From the NCBI GenBank assembly GCA_963758915.1, contig CAVWXH010000005.1, forward strand, positions 32,001 through 96,000: a stretch of DNA of 64,000 nt. The letters run 5' to 3'. A model generated the notes under the pieces. It saw only the letters and a program-made list of their open reading frames with translations. It was not told the origin of the DNA and ran no database searches. The position numbers and the translations under genes were made by a program. Shown in pieces: positions 1-10,442 of the stretch; the stretch's first letter is position 1, and every line of letters begins with the position of its first letter. The stretch comes from an uncultured Methanomicrobiales archaeon. GTDB lineage: Archaea > Halobacteriota > Methanomicrobia > Methanomicrobiales > Methanospirillaceae.

Positions 1-219
1 GAAAAATATTGGTTTCTATCAGTTTTTTTGGAATGAAAACCCGGCATAAAGAGAAGTAGTCTGCTCCCTCCCGCTTGATCTCAATGTCAGGAAACCTTTT
101 TTTCCCACATTTCAAACTGAGTATATGTTTCCATATCGATAAATCCCTTTGATTAGGTTGTTATTGTCCATCGAATTAATAGGCAATTATATAATAGTAA
201 AAAAAGATCACATTAATAT

Positions 220-1494
220 ATGAAGAAAATACTTGCGCTGGTAGGCGCCGTGCTCATGCTTGCAATTCTACTCTCCGGTTGTACCAGTCAGCCGGTGACA
301 CCGGCACCAGCAACAACCGCGGGACCAACAGAAATTCCGACCGGGGTATCGGCAGCGACAGGGGCAACGGGTTCATCATCGTTTCCCACCGGGGTGAACT
401 GGCGGCTGTTTTCATATACTGATGGAAAAGGCGGGATGGCCAATGTAATCGGAGAACAGCCTGTTACTGCCCTCTTCAGGACGGACGGAACTGTGACCGG
501 CTCTTCGGGCTGTAACCAGTACACTGCGGGGTACACAACGAGCGGGTCATCGATAACGATTACCCCTGGGATTTCCACGCTGATGGCCTGTGCACCGGCA
601 GTTATGGACCAGGAATCACTGTACTTCTCATTAATGGCTGCTGCAACCACATACTCGGTAAATGGGGACACTATGTTGTTATTCGACAGTTCAGGGAAGG
701 CAATCCTCGCCTACAAGCGGCCCCTCGATATCCCTGTAACCCTTCCGGCACAGGCACCGGTGGTTGGCCCATGGGACCTGTTAACCTACTATAACGGGAA
801 TAATGCAATGGTTTCGGTCCTGTCAGGCAGTAATATTACGGCAATTTTCACTCCCGATGGAAGAATTAACGGATCTTCGGGATGCAATGGGTATTCTGCA
901 TTCTACTCGCTGAACGGCCAGACCCTGGGGATCAGCCAGGTTAAAAGTACAAAGATGGCATGCGGACCCGAAATTATGCAGCAGGAAAACCAGTACCTGG
1001 CACTGCTGGAGAAAGTGAATACCTACGAAATGAATGGTGACCAGATGGTCCTGTATACGGTGCTGGGACAGAAAGTCCTCCAGTATAAGAAGGGACAGGC
1101 CGGGACAATCACCGCTCCTCCGAAATCAACCCCCTCTACCTCCCCGCGAACCCTGGTCGGTACATGGGTCCTGAAATCATATACTGACGGAAAAGGCGGG
1201 GCTGTCCCGGTCATGGCGGCCGCCCCGGTCACTGCGAAATTCCAGTCAGACGGGAGTCTCTCCGGGTCTTCGGGGTGCAACCAGTACTCCACCACCTATT
1301 CAACGAGTGGCGAAAGCATCAGTATCAGCCATGCCGCCGCGACCACGCGAATGGCCTGTGAACCGGCTGTTATGGCACAGGAGACTGCATACCTCACACT
1401 CCTTCCGAAAGCAGGGATATTTGTGATCTTTGGCGAATCCATGACATTATACGATTCGACAGGGACTGCCCTGCTAAGTTATAAGGCGCCCTGA
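220..1494 (+). CDS. Lipoprotein with three tandem META (HslJ-like) domains
   Basis: Lipobox-like LSGC and a P/T-rich linker, then three repeats each carrying W-x-L, GSSGCN and T-x-MAC. Confidence 0.85.
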   Translation: MKKILALVGAVLMLAILLSGCTSQPVTPAPATTAGPTEIPTGVSAATGATGSSSFPTGVNWRLFSYTDGKGGMANVIGEQPVTALFRTDGTVTGSSGCNQYTAGYTTSGSSITITPGISTLMACAPAVMDQESLYFSLMAAATTYSVNGDTMLLFDSSGKAILAYKRPLDIPVTLPAQAPVVGPWDLLTYYNGNNAMVSVLSGSNITAIFTPDGRINGSSGCNGYSAFYSLNGQTLGISQVKSTKMACGPEIMQQENQYLALLEKVNTYEMNGDQMVLYTVLGQKVLQYKKGQAGTITAPPKSTPSTSPRTLVGTWVLKSYTDGKGGAVPVMAAAPVTAKFQSDGSLSGSSGCNQYSTTYSTSGESISISHAAATTRMACEPAVMAQETAYLTLLPKAGIFVIFGESMTLYDSTGTALLSYKAP

Positions 1495-1537
1495 TGATTT
1501 TTGTAACAATAAAAAATATTTTTTTTAATTGGAAATT

Positions 1538-2108
1538 GGCCCTGTTGAAAAGCTATTACAGGCCCCCCGTATCCTGATTATTCTAAAATTTATCTACGCT
1601 CCCGGGGCTCCGCCTCACCCCTGTGGGGCCCCGTTTGGGACAGGGACCGGACCTTGAATTTCTTAGTATGCCGCTCTGTAGAAACACACATGAACGGGAA
1701 GTTCATACCCGGGCTATGAAAATACCTCGTTCAAAATTTCCTATATATAGGGATCCGTTTTGTTATTGACATGGGAAATCCTCTCAAATCTATCCTGCAG
1801 ATTGGGAATTCCAAAATTTCGTCACGCTCCCGGGGCTCATGGCCCGCCGCTTTGGCGACCCCGGTTGGGATAGAGACGATTCCCCCAATACTCTGAATTT
1901 AATGGGCCTTCGGGATACCCTGCCCGAAGAATATCTTAATGGGGGTGGGGCAGGGAGGGAGTGAAACCCCCTCCTGTTTAAGTGACCATCGTACCTCTTT
2001 CTATACTACTGATGATTTCAACAAAGCGTGCTATGAGCCTCTGGCTCATAGATGGGCATGAAAAAATTGGCATTTTTGATTGTTTTGCCGGGGTTTTTCA
2101 TACCAGCC
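1538..2108. mobile_element. Outer MITE (IS5-like ends) containing a nested second MITE
   Basis: Ends GGCCCTGTTGAAAA and (rc) GGCTGGTATGAAAA. Flanked by TGGAAATT (1530-1537) and TGGAAATA (2109-2116), a 7/8 direct repeat. The left part is a diverged version of the inner element's core. Confidence 0.65.
1672..2028 (+). mobile_element. MITE copy 1 (~355 bp)
   Basis: TIRs CGCTCTGTAGAAA / TTTCAACAAAGCG; homologous along its length to copies at 37717, 41527 and 43982; no transposase. Confidence 0.85.
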
Positions 2109-2359
2109 TGGAAATAAAAAAAACCATATTCTGATCTCTGGATTATCGGGCATATGGCATACCGTGTCCTCTTAAATTCCGGGAATTGAATTCTTGCGGC
2201 CATTATCCCCGGAATCAGCATTGTCAGACTGGTTCAAGGTGGGCATAGAGGGTGAGGGCCTGAATATTTTTTGAGCCCTTGGTGGTCAGGGAATACATAA
2301 TTGACCCGGAATGGTAGAAATCTTAATTAACGTGTAAATGAAGTACTCACCGTATTACC

Positions 2360-2926
2360 ATGTCTGAAACAATGACCCCTTCACTGGATGTGACACCCGG
2401 GACGCATGTGTTCCCCTGGTGGCTTGTCCTCATCATGGGTTTCATCACCCTGATCCTGGGGATATTCCTGTTATACTACCCGTACGGGACACTCCTGGTG
2501 CTGGTCACCTTCCTCGGTGCCTACTGGTTTATCAGCGGCCTGATTGGCCTTTGCAGTCTTTTTGTTGACCGTACGAATGCAGGTTGGAAGATCCTCTTTG
2601 GTATCCTCGGTATTATTGCCGGTATCGCTATCCTGACGTACCCCCTGTACAGTACCTTCGTCGTCCCCTACATCTTCATCATCTTCGTTGGTGTGTGGGG
2701 CCTTATTATGGGATTCATGGGTCTTTTCGCAGCCTTTAAAGGGGGCGGGTGGGGTGCAGGTATTATCGGGATCCTCCTGATTATCTTCGGGTGTCTGATC
2801 CTTGCCAACCCGGTTGTAAGCACCTTAATGCTGCCGTTTATCCTCGGGGGTTTCGGTATTATCGGTGGAATTTTTGCAATTGTTGGCGCTTTCATGATCA
2901 AGGGCCAGACCGAAAAGGCCGCCTGA
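2360..2926 (+). CDS. HdeD/DUF308 family membrane protein (copy 1)
   Basis: WWLVLIMG...GI start, six Gly-rich TM segments in a repeated 2-TM pattern; near-identical to 25912..26469. Confidence 0.8.
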   Translation: MSETMTPSLDVTPGTHVFPWWLVLIMGFITLILGIFLLYYPYGTLLVLVTFLGAYWFISGLIGLCSLFVDRTNAGWKILFGILGIIAGIAILTYPLYSTFVVPYIFIIFVGVWGLIMGFMGLFAAFKGGGWGAGIIGILLIIFGCLILANPVVSTLMLPFILGGFGIIGGIFAIVGAFMIKGQTEKAA

Positions 2927-3524
2927 ACTCCGCTTCAGTTAATCTTTTTTTTAACCAGTGGTTCATCGAAACAGCCGTATAAAGGAAGTTACCGGGACTA
3001 TCCGCTCCCGGCTGTGACAGAGGCAATCTTACGACATTTTAATTCTGGTATGAACCACTCTCGAGGAGTGGTCGTGGAAAAACATGCCCTGTTGGTATTA
3101 CAATACCCTCCTTCCCGGGCATTCCCGGTGTGATTCATACATTATTTTATACCAGGCAGATATTTTAGGATTATTGCGCTTTTCATTGTTCCGGTTGCAA
3201 TTTTCACGCTCAGCTGTATCGGTACCTTTTTCTTTAGCCTTCAGAGTCCTCAAATGTTCCGGGTGCTCAGGATGTCGGGTGATGCCAATCCCCCCGGGGA
3301 TGTCCGTAACGCTGCCATGGTTACATTGGAATGAGCCGCATGGTGATGGAAAAGAGGGATCCGGGCGATAATACCTCCAAAGGTGGTCATGTACGTCATA
3401 ACTCATACAAAATGCCATTTAACGATCATACAACCCGATAATCCATTGGATAATACCAGGGGAAAAACCGGGGAGATCAATGGTCTTATAACCAATAAGT
3501 TATGATTGCTGTAACAGGAATATC

Positions 3525-3983
3525 ATGAAGGCAATACGCTGGTTATTACTCATATTTTTCATTGGAACTGTGATATGGGGTTTTGCAGGAGCGGAAACCT
3601 CCTCCAATGCCGCAGGATACCTCCAGGTTTCATCCACACCTTCCGGAGCATCAGTTTACCTGGATGAGGTGTACCAGGGGATCACCCCTGAATCGAACGG
3701 GTTTATCAATATTACTGTCCTGAACCCCCGGGAATACAGACTTGTTCTTAAGAAACCCGTTTACCTTGATTATATTTCAACGGTGAATATCGTTTCCGGA
3801 CAGACTGTGAAAGTCTCTGCAACCCTTCAGCCCGCTGATGTGAGCGCCCAGGAAAACCCCGGAAACTCCGTGATGACGGGTGTACTGGTAGTAATAGTTG
3901 TCCTAATCATTGTCGGGTTCCTTGTCCTGTATATCAGGCACCGCAGGAAACCAAAAGGACCCGCGAAGATTGAGCTGGATTGA
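3525..3983 (+). CDS. PEGA-domain surface protein with C-terminal TM anchor
   Basis: Signal peptide, GYLQVSSTPSGASVYLD..YQGITP PEGA motif, TM helix and basic tail. Confidence 0.85.
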   Translation: MKAIRWLLLIFFIGTVIWGFAGAETSSNAAGYLQVSSTPSGASVYLDEVYQGITPESNGFINITVLNPREYRLVLKKPVYLDYISTVNIVSGQTVKVSATLQPADVSAQENPGNSVMTGVLVVIVVLIIVGFLVLYIRHRRKPKGPAKIELD

Positions 3984-4041
3984 TTATAGTAATTGCACCA
4001 ACTTTTTTCCGGGAATGACCCCTATACTCGTTTATCCATAT

Positions 4042-5034
4042 TCACGATCTTCTGTCATTTCGCACGCTCCAGGAAAGCCTGGACTGAAGGTCATGCAACT
4101 GGTCCGGGCATTCCTCCTGGGGGACATGCCCGCAGTCGTTCAGTACCACCAGCTCAGATCCGGGTATTTCCCTGGATAGTTGAATACTCCGGGCAGCGGG
4201 TACAATCCGGTCGTCATCCCCGGTGATAACAAGCACCGGCATAGCCAGGTCCTTCAGGTGTCCGGAATAATTGACTGGATTGCCTGCGATGGTGAACTCG
4301 TAGAGTGCTTTATCCCAGTTATCCGCCCTGAGCGGCCTGCGATAGCCCTCATACACCGCCGGGTCTATCCTGGATGGATCATGCCATGCCATCCGGATGG
4401 TGTCATTTCCTAAATCCCCTGCGATAGTACGCACGAGCAATGGAGCCATGTTCCGTATTTGCGGTAACGTCATGAGAGGATATGCCCATTGTGGTAACGG
4501 ACCTTTATTCCCGTTTCCCACGGCTGGATCCACGAGTACTAATCCCTGCACGCGTTCCGGATGTTCCACGGCGTACGCAGCTGCGACTTCCCCACCCGCT
4601 GAATTCCCCACAAGGATGGCTTTCTCAATACGGAGTTCGTCCATCAGCCCGTCCAGCAGTTCCACGTTTCCCTGGACGCTGTAGGGATTTGTACCCGTCC
4701 AGTTCCCATCCATGGGGCGTTCAGTAAGACCAAATGCGGGACGGTCATATGCAATGACACGACCGGACTCCGAGAGGGGCCCCATCACTTCACGCCATGA
4801 ATACTCGCTGGCACCAAAACCATGAAGGAGGATAATCACCGGCCCCCCCTGTCCCATTTCCTTGTAATGAACGGTCGTTCCGTTCACATCCACAAAATGG
4901 CTGTCCGGGTCGGCAAGTTCATGTTCAGGAACGGTCCCGGCCAGGGGTGGGACCGGGTAAATGAGTGGAACAATGAGCAGGGTTACGGTAATGCCAAGAA
5001 TAACGATGCCGAGGATTTTCCAGAAGTGCTTCAC
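4042..5034 (-). CDS. Membrane-anchored alpha/beta hydrolase (C-terminus probably frameshifted)
   Basis: LHGFG, GNSAGG nucleophile elbow, GDDDRIVP, CGHVPQEE. Probable GTG start at 5034 after GGAGG, abutting the upstream stop. Confidence 0.85.
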   Translation of the reverse strand: MKHFWKILGIVILGITVTLLIVPLIYPVPPLAGTVPEHELADPDSHFVDVNGTTVHYKEMGQGGPVIILLHGFGASEYSWREVMGPLSESGRVIAYDRPAFGLTERPMDGNWTGTNPYSVQGNVELLDGLMDELRIEKAILVGNSAGGEVAAAYAVEHPERVQGLVLVDPAVGNGNKGPLPQWAYPLMTLPQIRNMAPLLVRTIAGDLGNDTIRMAWHDPSRIDPAVYEGYRRPLRADNWDKALYEFTIAGNPVNYSGHLKDLAMPVLVITGDDDRIVPAARSIQLSREIPGSELVVLNDCGHVPQEECPDQLHDLQSRLSWSVRNDRRS

Positions 5035-5035
5035 G

Positions 5036-5785
5036 TTATTCGCCCTCCACTGCCCGTACCAGCCGCACGGTAAGGTTAGTCGCCTGTGCCTGCTGGTCTT
5101 CAGCAGAGATCGTTGCGATGCCATCTCCCGGTTGCGGACCGTAATTACCAAACTGGGCATGGTTACCCCCTTCAATTACCTGTCTGATCGTCCCCGGCGG
5201 GAGCAGGACGAGCGTTGAATTGAAATTTTCCAAGTTTAGAACCATATCTTCCGACCCGTATGTTGAAAGACCCTTCAGGTCGGTTGCTGACAGGTCATCG
5301 CTCTCCGGAGGGTATGACGCCCATAAAAACAATCCCTGCACCCTGTAGGGGTGGCTCCTGGCATACGAAGCAGCCACTGACCCCCCGAGGGAGTGCCCCC
5401 CGATAACCCAGTACCTGATACCGGGAAATGCCGCAATCACCTCATCCGCCTTATTCACGCCAAAAACCGGCAGGGATAACGGCATCCTTACAATTGAGAC
5501 CATGTAACCACGGCTGGCAATCCGGCGTGCAACCGGGGCATACGAGCGATAATCGACATGCCCGCCGGGGTAGATAATGAGGGCTGTTATGGGCTGATTT
5601 GTGACCGGGGTAAATACCACGAAATTACCATTATCCACAACACTGACAACTCCCCCCGGCTCCATCGCTGCCAGGGCCTGGTCGGTTGGACCGAGAGGGG
5701 TCATCCCCCAGGCGATAAAAACGACGACGCCGAAGAGTAATGCGCCTGCCAGCACCATTAGGGCGTTTTTCAGGACGTTATTCAT
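5036..5785 (-). CDS. Alpha/beta hydrolase (Abhydrolase_5-like carboxylesterase)
   Basis: YPGG, GGHSLGG, IEGGNHAQFGNYGPQPGD motifs. Confidence 0.85.
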   Translation of the reverse strand: MNNVLKNALMVLAGALLFGVVVFIAWGMTPLGPTDQALAAMEPGGVVSVVDNGNFVVFTPVTNQPITALIIYPGGHVDYRSYAPVARRIASRGYMVSIVRMPLSLPVFGVNKADEVIAAFPGIRYWVIGGHSLGGSVAASYARSHPYRVQGLFLWASYPPESDDLSATDLKGLSTYGSEDMVLNLENFNSTLVLLPPGTIRQVIEGGNHAQFGNYGPQPGDGIATISAEDQQAQATNLTVRLVRAVEGE

Positions 5786-5812
5786 GTAATCCCCATACCA
5801 GAACTCCTTTAC

Positions 5813-7159
5813 TTATGAATGGCCTTTCAATTTCAGGACCAGGGCCTCAGCAGTACGGTGTATCGACATCCGGTCCTCTTCGATCAGGGAACCAGCCCCG
5901 CTCTCCCGCTGGATGAGGGTTACATGACGAAGCAGGCTCTGGCGTGCACCGTCGGATTTCGCATCATGGCTGATCACATCGATTATCTTCAGCATATGCA
6001 TGAGTACATTTGCGTTGTCGGAACTGGCATGCCGGAGCATATCGAAGGCAGCGCCGAGTAATTCGTCGAACGTAACCGGATCGAAAAGAAGGCGCAACCT
6101 GCCCTGGCTGTCATACACATCCGGGCTGACAGGCCCCTGCCTGGCAAACAACGCGAGGCCGTTACCAATATGGTCCAGGCATGTCATGGCAGTGAAGGGG
6201 TCGTTGATCGCAGGGGACATGGCACGGACTGCCATTTCGGTAAGCTGGTTAACGGCATATTCAACATCCTGCGTGGGTGTCCGCTGGTTTCCGAGATGGA
6301 ATGTGATCCTGATTATGTCATCCAGTTCTTTATCGATCCGTTCCCCGGGCCAGACCCGTGCAATGACCATGCCGTCCCGTACAAAGTTGCCTGGTTTGTT
6401 CACGATGCGGATCACAATATCATGTTTTTCGGCCAGGAGGAGGAGGGACTTCTGGTCAATGTATTTAATATACCCCGTCCTGCCAGCAACAACGAGGTGG
6501 GGATCTCCCACCATTGATGAATCCGGAAGATTTTTTTCGGTTTGAGGTGTATGTTCACCACCTGTTATTTCAGTTCGGTTCTCTTCGCTGACTACTTCCT
6601 GCAATTCTGCCCCCGCTGCGGCCGCGATGTTGGGTGCCTGAAGCATGATGCTGATATGCTGGATCATCAGTATAATCGATGCGAAAGAGGCAATTAACAG
6701 GTACAGTCCAACGGTAACAGTGATTTGAGGCGCATCAGGTTGTACTTCGGCAGACGGAATGGCCATTGCACCAATCACGCAGTAGGTAAAGGTAGCGACG
6801 AATATGCCCAGCACGAGCTGGGTCGTGCGATCACCGAGAAATATGCGCAACAGGCGTGATCCATACTGGGCGGCTACGGTAGAAAGAGGCAGGGTAAGGA
6901 GTGTGAAGACAACCCCGGCTGTCGTCAGCACAACCGTGGCCATACTAAACAAATAGCCACGTGCCTCGCCCACGCTCCCTGAAATGACGAAACTGCTGTT
7001 GTTCAGGACTTCATTTGGGACCTGACCATCCACCCAGAACATTAACCACGCCAGCAATACCGCACCAAGTGCCATGACTCCCGGAATAAACAGGAAGTTT
7101 ACCGCTATCCTGTCCCAGGTCTGACGACCTGCTATCCTGCGCTTCAATCGAATGATCAT
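5813..7159 (-). CDS. DUF2254 family membrane protein
   Basis: 4 TMs, QYGSRLLR, and QLTEMAVRAMSPAINDPFTA signature. Confidence 0.85.
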   Translation of the reverse strand: MIIRLKRRIAGRQTWDRIAVNFLFIPGVMALGAVLLAWLMFWVDGQVPNEVLNNSSFVISGSVGEARGYLFSMATVVLTTAGVVFTLLTLPLSTVAAQYGSRLLRIFLGDRTTQLVLGIFVATFTYCVIGAMAIPSAEVQPDAPQITVTVGLYLLIASFASIILMIQHISIMLQAPNIAAAAGAELQEVVSEENRTEITGGEHTPQTEKNLPDSSMVGDPHLVVAGRTGYIKYIDQKSLLLLAEKHDIVIRIVNKPGNFVRDGMVIARVWPGERIDKELDDIIRITFHLGNQRTPTQDVEYAVNQLTEMAVRAMSPAINDPFTAMTCLDHIGNGLALFARQGPVSPDVYDSQGRLRLLFDPVTFDELLGAAFDMLRHASSDNANVLMHMLKIIDVISHDAKSDGARQSLLRHVTLIQRESGAGSLIEEDRMSIHRTAEALVLKLKGHS

Positions 7160-7400
7160 GCAATCTCACCCCCGTTTAGATACTTCAATAGTCCAGTTAA
7201 GATTGATTGCGGCATCCGATAAATTGGTATGGATTCATCATCCTGCCTGAGCAGATCTTACCGGAGCCGGCTCTATACCCTGAAAGAGAATAAAGGGACG
7301 GATCCTATTTTATTTTTCGAGGCACTATCCGGACGGTGAAACAGGATAGAATTATATTGTACCAATCCAATTGGAAAAGGGTCAAAATGAGGGAAAAATC

Positions 7401-7499
7401 ATGAAAAAGATCTGGTGGATCATATTACTCGTGCTCCTTGGAGTGGTGATAATCGGTGGTGCATACCTGCGGTGGGAATTCTGGACCGGGCTTTTTTAA
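7401..7499 (+). CDS. Small single-TM protein, 32 aa (MKKIWWIILLVLLGVVIIGGAYLRWEFWTGLF)
   Basis: Translated by hand; GAGGG upstream; clean TM helix; below the ORF-track cutoff. Confidence 0.55.
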   Translation: MKKIWWIILLVLLGVVIIGGAYLRWEFWTGLF

Positions 7500-7670
7500 G
7501 TGTGAAGGACATGGTGTAGCTGCCGGTACCGGGTTGAATCATCAACATCAATTTTTACCAGTCTAAACATGCTTAACGCGTTCCTGGTTTTGATTCGTCA
7601 TTATCGGGAATATTTCTTTAATTATCTCTGTCCTGTTTTTGTGAATAAAACGCATAAAAGAAGAATGGTA

Positions 7671-9278
7671 TCAGGCCCCTTCTTCTGCTACCGCTTTTAC
7701 CGCAGGTAAACGCCGGGCCAGAAGATAGGCGACAAACGCCGAGAATGCCATAAACATCAACGTAATAATAAATGCATTCTGCCTGGAAGTATTGTAGATC
7801 CGTAATGCCTCAGCTTCGTATGCTCCGTTATCCTGGATTTTTTCCGAGACTACATCGGTTGATACCACCTCCATGCTTGTTTTCATGTCCTGGCTAATCT
7901 GCTCCTTTATTTCGCAGGGAAACACACTGCTTTGTTCCACCATCATCCCCACCCCGCCGGTTAACGCCACCACCAGGATAGTACCGATCACTGCGGTTCC
8001 AACCGAGCTCCCTAACGTCTCCAGGGTCGAAGCGATCCCCGATGCCTCCGCAGTCTGCCCGGGCTTCACTGCAGACATGATCAGGTTAACAACCTGCGAT
8101 ACCACTAGGCCCATCCCCAGACCGTACACAAATAAACCCGGCATCAAACCCGCGGGGGCATTTCCGATGAACAAATACACTATCATCATGAGGATCCCGG
8201 TAATAGCCGTTAAAAATCCCCACATGACCTTCTTTCTCGGTAAAATACCGAGTCCCCTTTTTGCCCCACCAAGGGCCGTCAACAAAAGGCCGGCAGTTAA
8301 CGCTATGAGAATAAACCCGGTTTCAAAAGCGCTGATACCATAGGTCACCTGTAAAAACAGGGGTACCGCAAAAGTTGTTCCGGCAATCAGGGCTACCTGG
8401 ATAAATCTCACATCCAGGCCGGTCACAAAATTCCTGATATTAAATATCGCCAGGTCTACCAACCGGTCCCTGCCGTTTTCTTCCAGGTGCCGCTCCCAAT
8501 GGACAAACTGGATTAAACATACCACTGCAGCTCCGTATAAAAATGGGACGATGGAAAGGCCTAACGGGGCGAACTCGTAACCAGCGATAATAAGCGGTTG
8601 CTTGGCGAAAATTAATCCGTAATCTGCTATCAGGAGCGTCCCCAAGACGAACATCACCATTGCCCCCGCCTGCCATAATACCCCCACTTTATCCAGTACC
8701 GGCCTCACGCTGCCCATTACATCCCGGGGTATTACTTTGCTCATCAGTAAGACCCCCAACAGCACCAGCACTTCCAGACGAAAAGCCCAGCGCCATGAAA
8801 AATACGTGGTTAAAAACCCGCCAATTAATGGCCCTACTGCCATGGCCATGGCATTCATTCCGCCCATTATCCCGTAAGCCCTGACCCGGTCCATCCCGGT
8901 AATATAAGCCCTGATAATGGTATTCACGTTTGGCAGCATCATGGCAGCTCCAAAGCCCTGGATAGCACACCACCCCAGAATAAAAACCGATAAATTATTA
9001 CTCACTGAGGCCAGCAGGCTGCCGGCGATATAAAAAAGGGCCCCGGTCAGAAAAGTTTTTTTCATCCCGATAATATCTGCGAGTTTCCCGCCCATCAGGA
9101 CAAACGCAGCCATCATCAAAGCGTTGAGTGCAATTGCGGCCTGTACTCCGGATGCGGTTGTCTGTAAATCGTTGACCAGCGCCGAAATGGATACATTCAT
9201 GATGGTATTGTCGAGGACCACCACAAATGTTCCCAGGGCCATTACAACAACCAGACTTTTTCCCACCGTCGAGGACAT
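7671..9278 (-). CDS. MFS transporter, DHA2/EmrB-like (14 TM)
   Basis: LDNTIMNVS, GKLADIIG, GPLIGGFLT..SWRWAF motifs. Confidence 0.9.
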   Translation of the reverse strand: MSSTVGKSLVVVMALGTFVVVLDNTIMNVSISALVNDLQTTASGVQAAIALNALMMAAFVLMGGKLADIIGMKKTFLTGALFYIAGSLLASVSNNLSVFILGWCAIQGFGAAMMLPNVNTIIRAYITGMDRVRAYGIMGGMNAMAMAVGPLIGGFLTTYFSWRWAFRLEVLVLLGVLLMSKVIPRDVMGSVRPVLDKVGVLWQAGAMVMFVLGTLLIADYGLIFAKQPLIIAGYEFAPLGLSIVPFLYGAAVVCLIQFVHWERHLEENGRDRLVDLAIFNIRNFVTGLDVRFIQVALIAGTTFAVPLFLQVTYGISAFETGFILIALTAGLLLTALGGAKRGLGILPRKKVMWGFLTAITGILMMIVYLFIGNAPAGLMPGLFVYGLGMGLVVSQVVNLIMSAVKPGQTAEASGIASTLETLGSSVGTAVIGTILVVALTGGVGMMVEQSSVFPCEIKEQISQDMKTSMEVVSTDVVSEKIQDNGAYEAEALRIYNTSRQNAFIITLMFMAFSAFVAYLLARRLPAVKAVAEEGA

Positions 9279-9559
9279 ACCTTCGCTCCTTCAATATCAC
9301 TATTTTTTTTAAGTTGTTATCATTTCCGGTCCAATGCGTAGGCCATGCCTGGGCGGAATTGCAGATTTTGTACGTGTTAAACGATGGTTTCTGCATGATA
9401 TCCAGCCACCATCAGTCGGGGACTGTCCCACCTGTGAGACTGGACTCCTTTTCAGACAGGAGTGCGGAATGCAACATTAGGGTCCATAATAACAATATTA
9501 AAAAAAAACCGTCAATTATGTACTTTTTTTAAAAAGAATAATTTTCCTGAATCACCATC

Positions 9560-10069
9560 TTACGGGTTAATCCCCTTGAACGCGACTATCTGGTCGTATG
9601 TCTTGACTTTTCCTACCGTCGGAGCAGTCACCCATATCTCTACCCTGTTCTGATACTCGCTGGACGGGAATGTTACATTTTGTCCGACATAGAACGGCGG
9701 TAACATGTAGCTCTGCTGTGATGTCCCGTCCGGTTTTGTGAAGGTCACATCAACGCGGGAATCGGTATTCATACCATTTCCTCCCCTGATTGATACGCCC
9801 ATGTAGGGGTTTGCGGTATTACCGTTACCCTGCACCATGAAATCAAGTTGGTAACTGGCGGGGAGTGTCTCTGTTGGCCCCGGAATACCCATTCCATCCT
9901 TCGTAACGGTTGCTGCCGGTGCCGTTGTCTGGGGTGGGACTGGTGTTGCAACGGGACTCGCAGCGGGAGTTGGTGTTACTACCGGGGGGGTTGCATTCTG
10001 GGTACATCCTGCTGTTACTACGAAAGCAACAGCGAGTACCAGGCATACTACAATCATTGAAAATTTCAT
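9560..10069 (-). CDS. Hypothetical lipoprotein
   Basis: AGCTQ lipobox, P/T-rich linker, beta-rich C-terminal domain. Confidence 0.7.
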   Translation of the reverse strand: MKFSMIVVCLVLAVAFVVTAGCTQNATPPVVTPTPAASPVATPVPPQTTAPAATVTKDGMGIPGPTETLPASYQLDFMVQGNGNTANPYMGVSIRGGNGMNTDSRVDVTFTKPDGTSQQSYMLPPFYVGQNVTFPSSEYQNRVEIWVTAPTVGKVKTYDQIVAFKGINP

Positions 10070-10442
10070 AACGGTGTTATCGTGTGAACATACCTATAAG
10101 AGTATCGTACCTGAGTTTTCAGCCAGACTGTCAGTAAGAAATCGTCTTAAACAGGTAAAATAGTAATGAAATCGTTAAATAAGCCTGAAAAACAATTCTC
10201 CGTAATAATTACCCTGATAAACAAGGATGACAATGCCCGTTTTTACATGGAACAGATAGTCTATTCGGGGGGCACTGATCAATTTAAAGCCCGGATATCA
10301 ATTGAACAGGTTCACCAAACAGGTAAAAAAGAGTTCGTGGGAATATCAACCCGGGAATACGGTTTATCCCGGAGATGAGGCGGGCATAAACGGTCCACCT
10401 GCCAGACTATCAATATATCCTCATTCAGGAGCCTTCGGGGCC

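Noticed and set aside
3084-3418. Overlapping 95- and 106-aa ORFs
   Set aside because: No recognisable motif, RBS or coding-like composition
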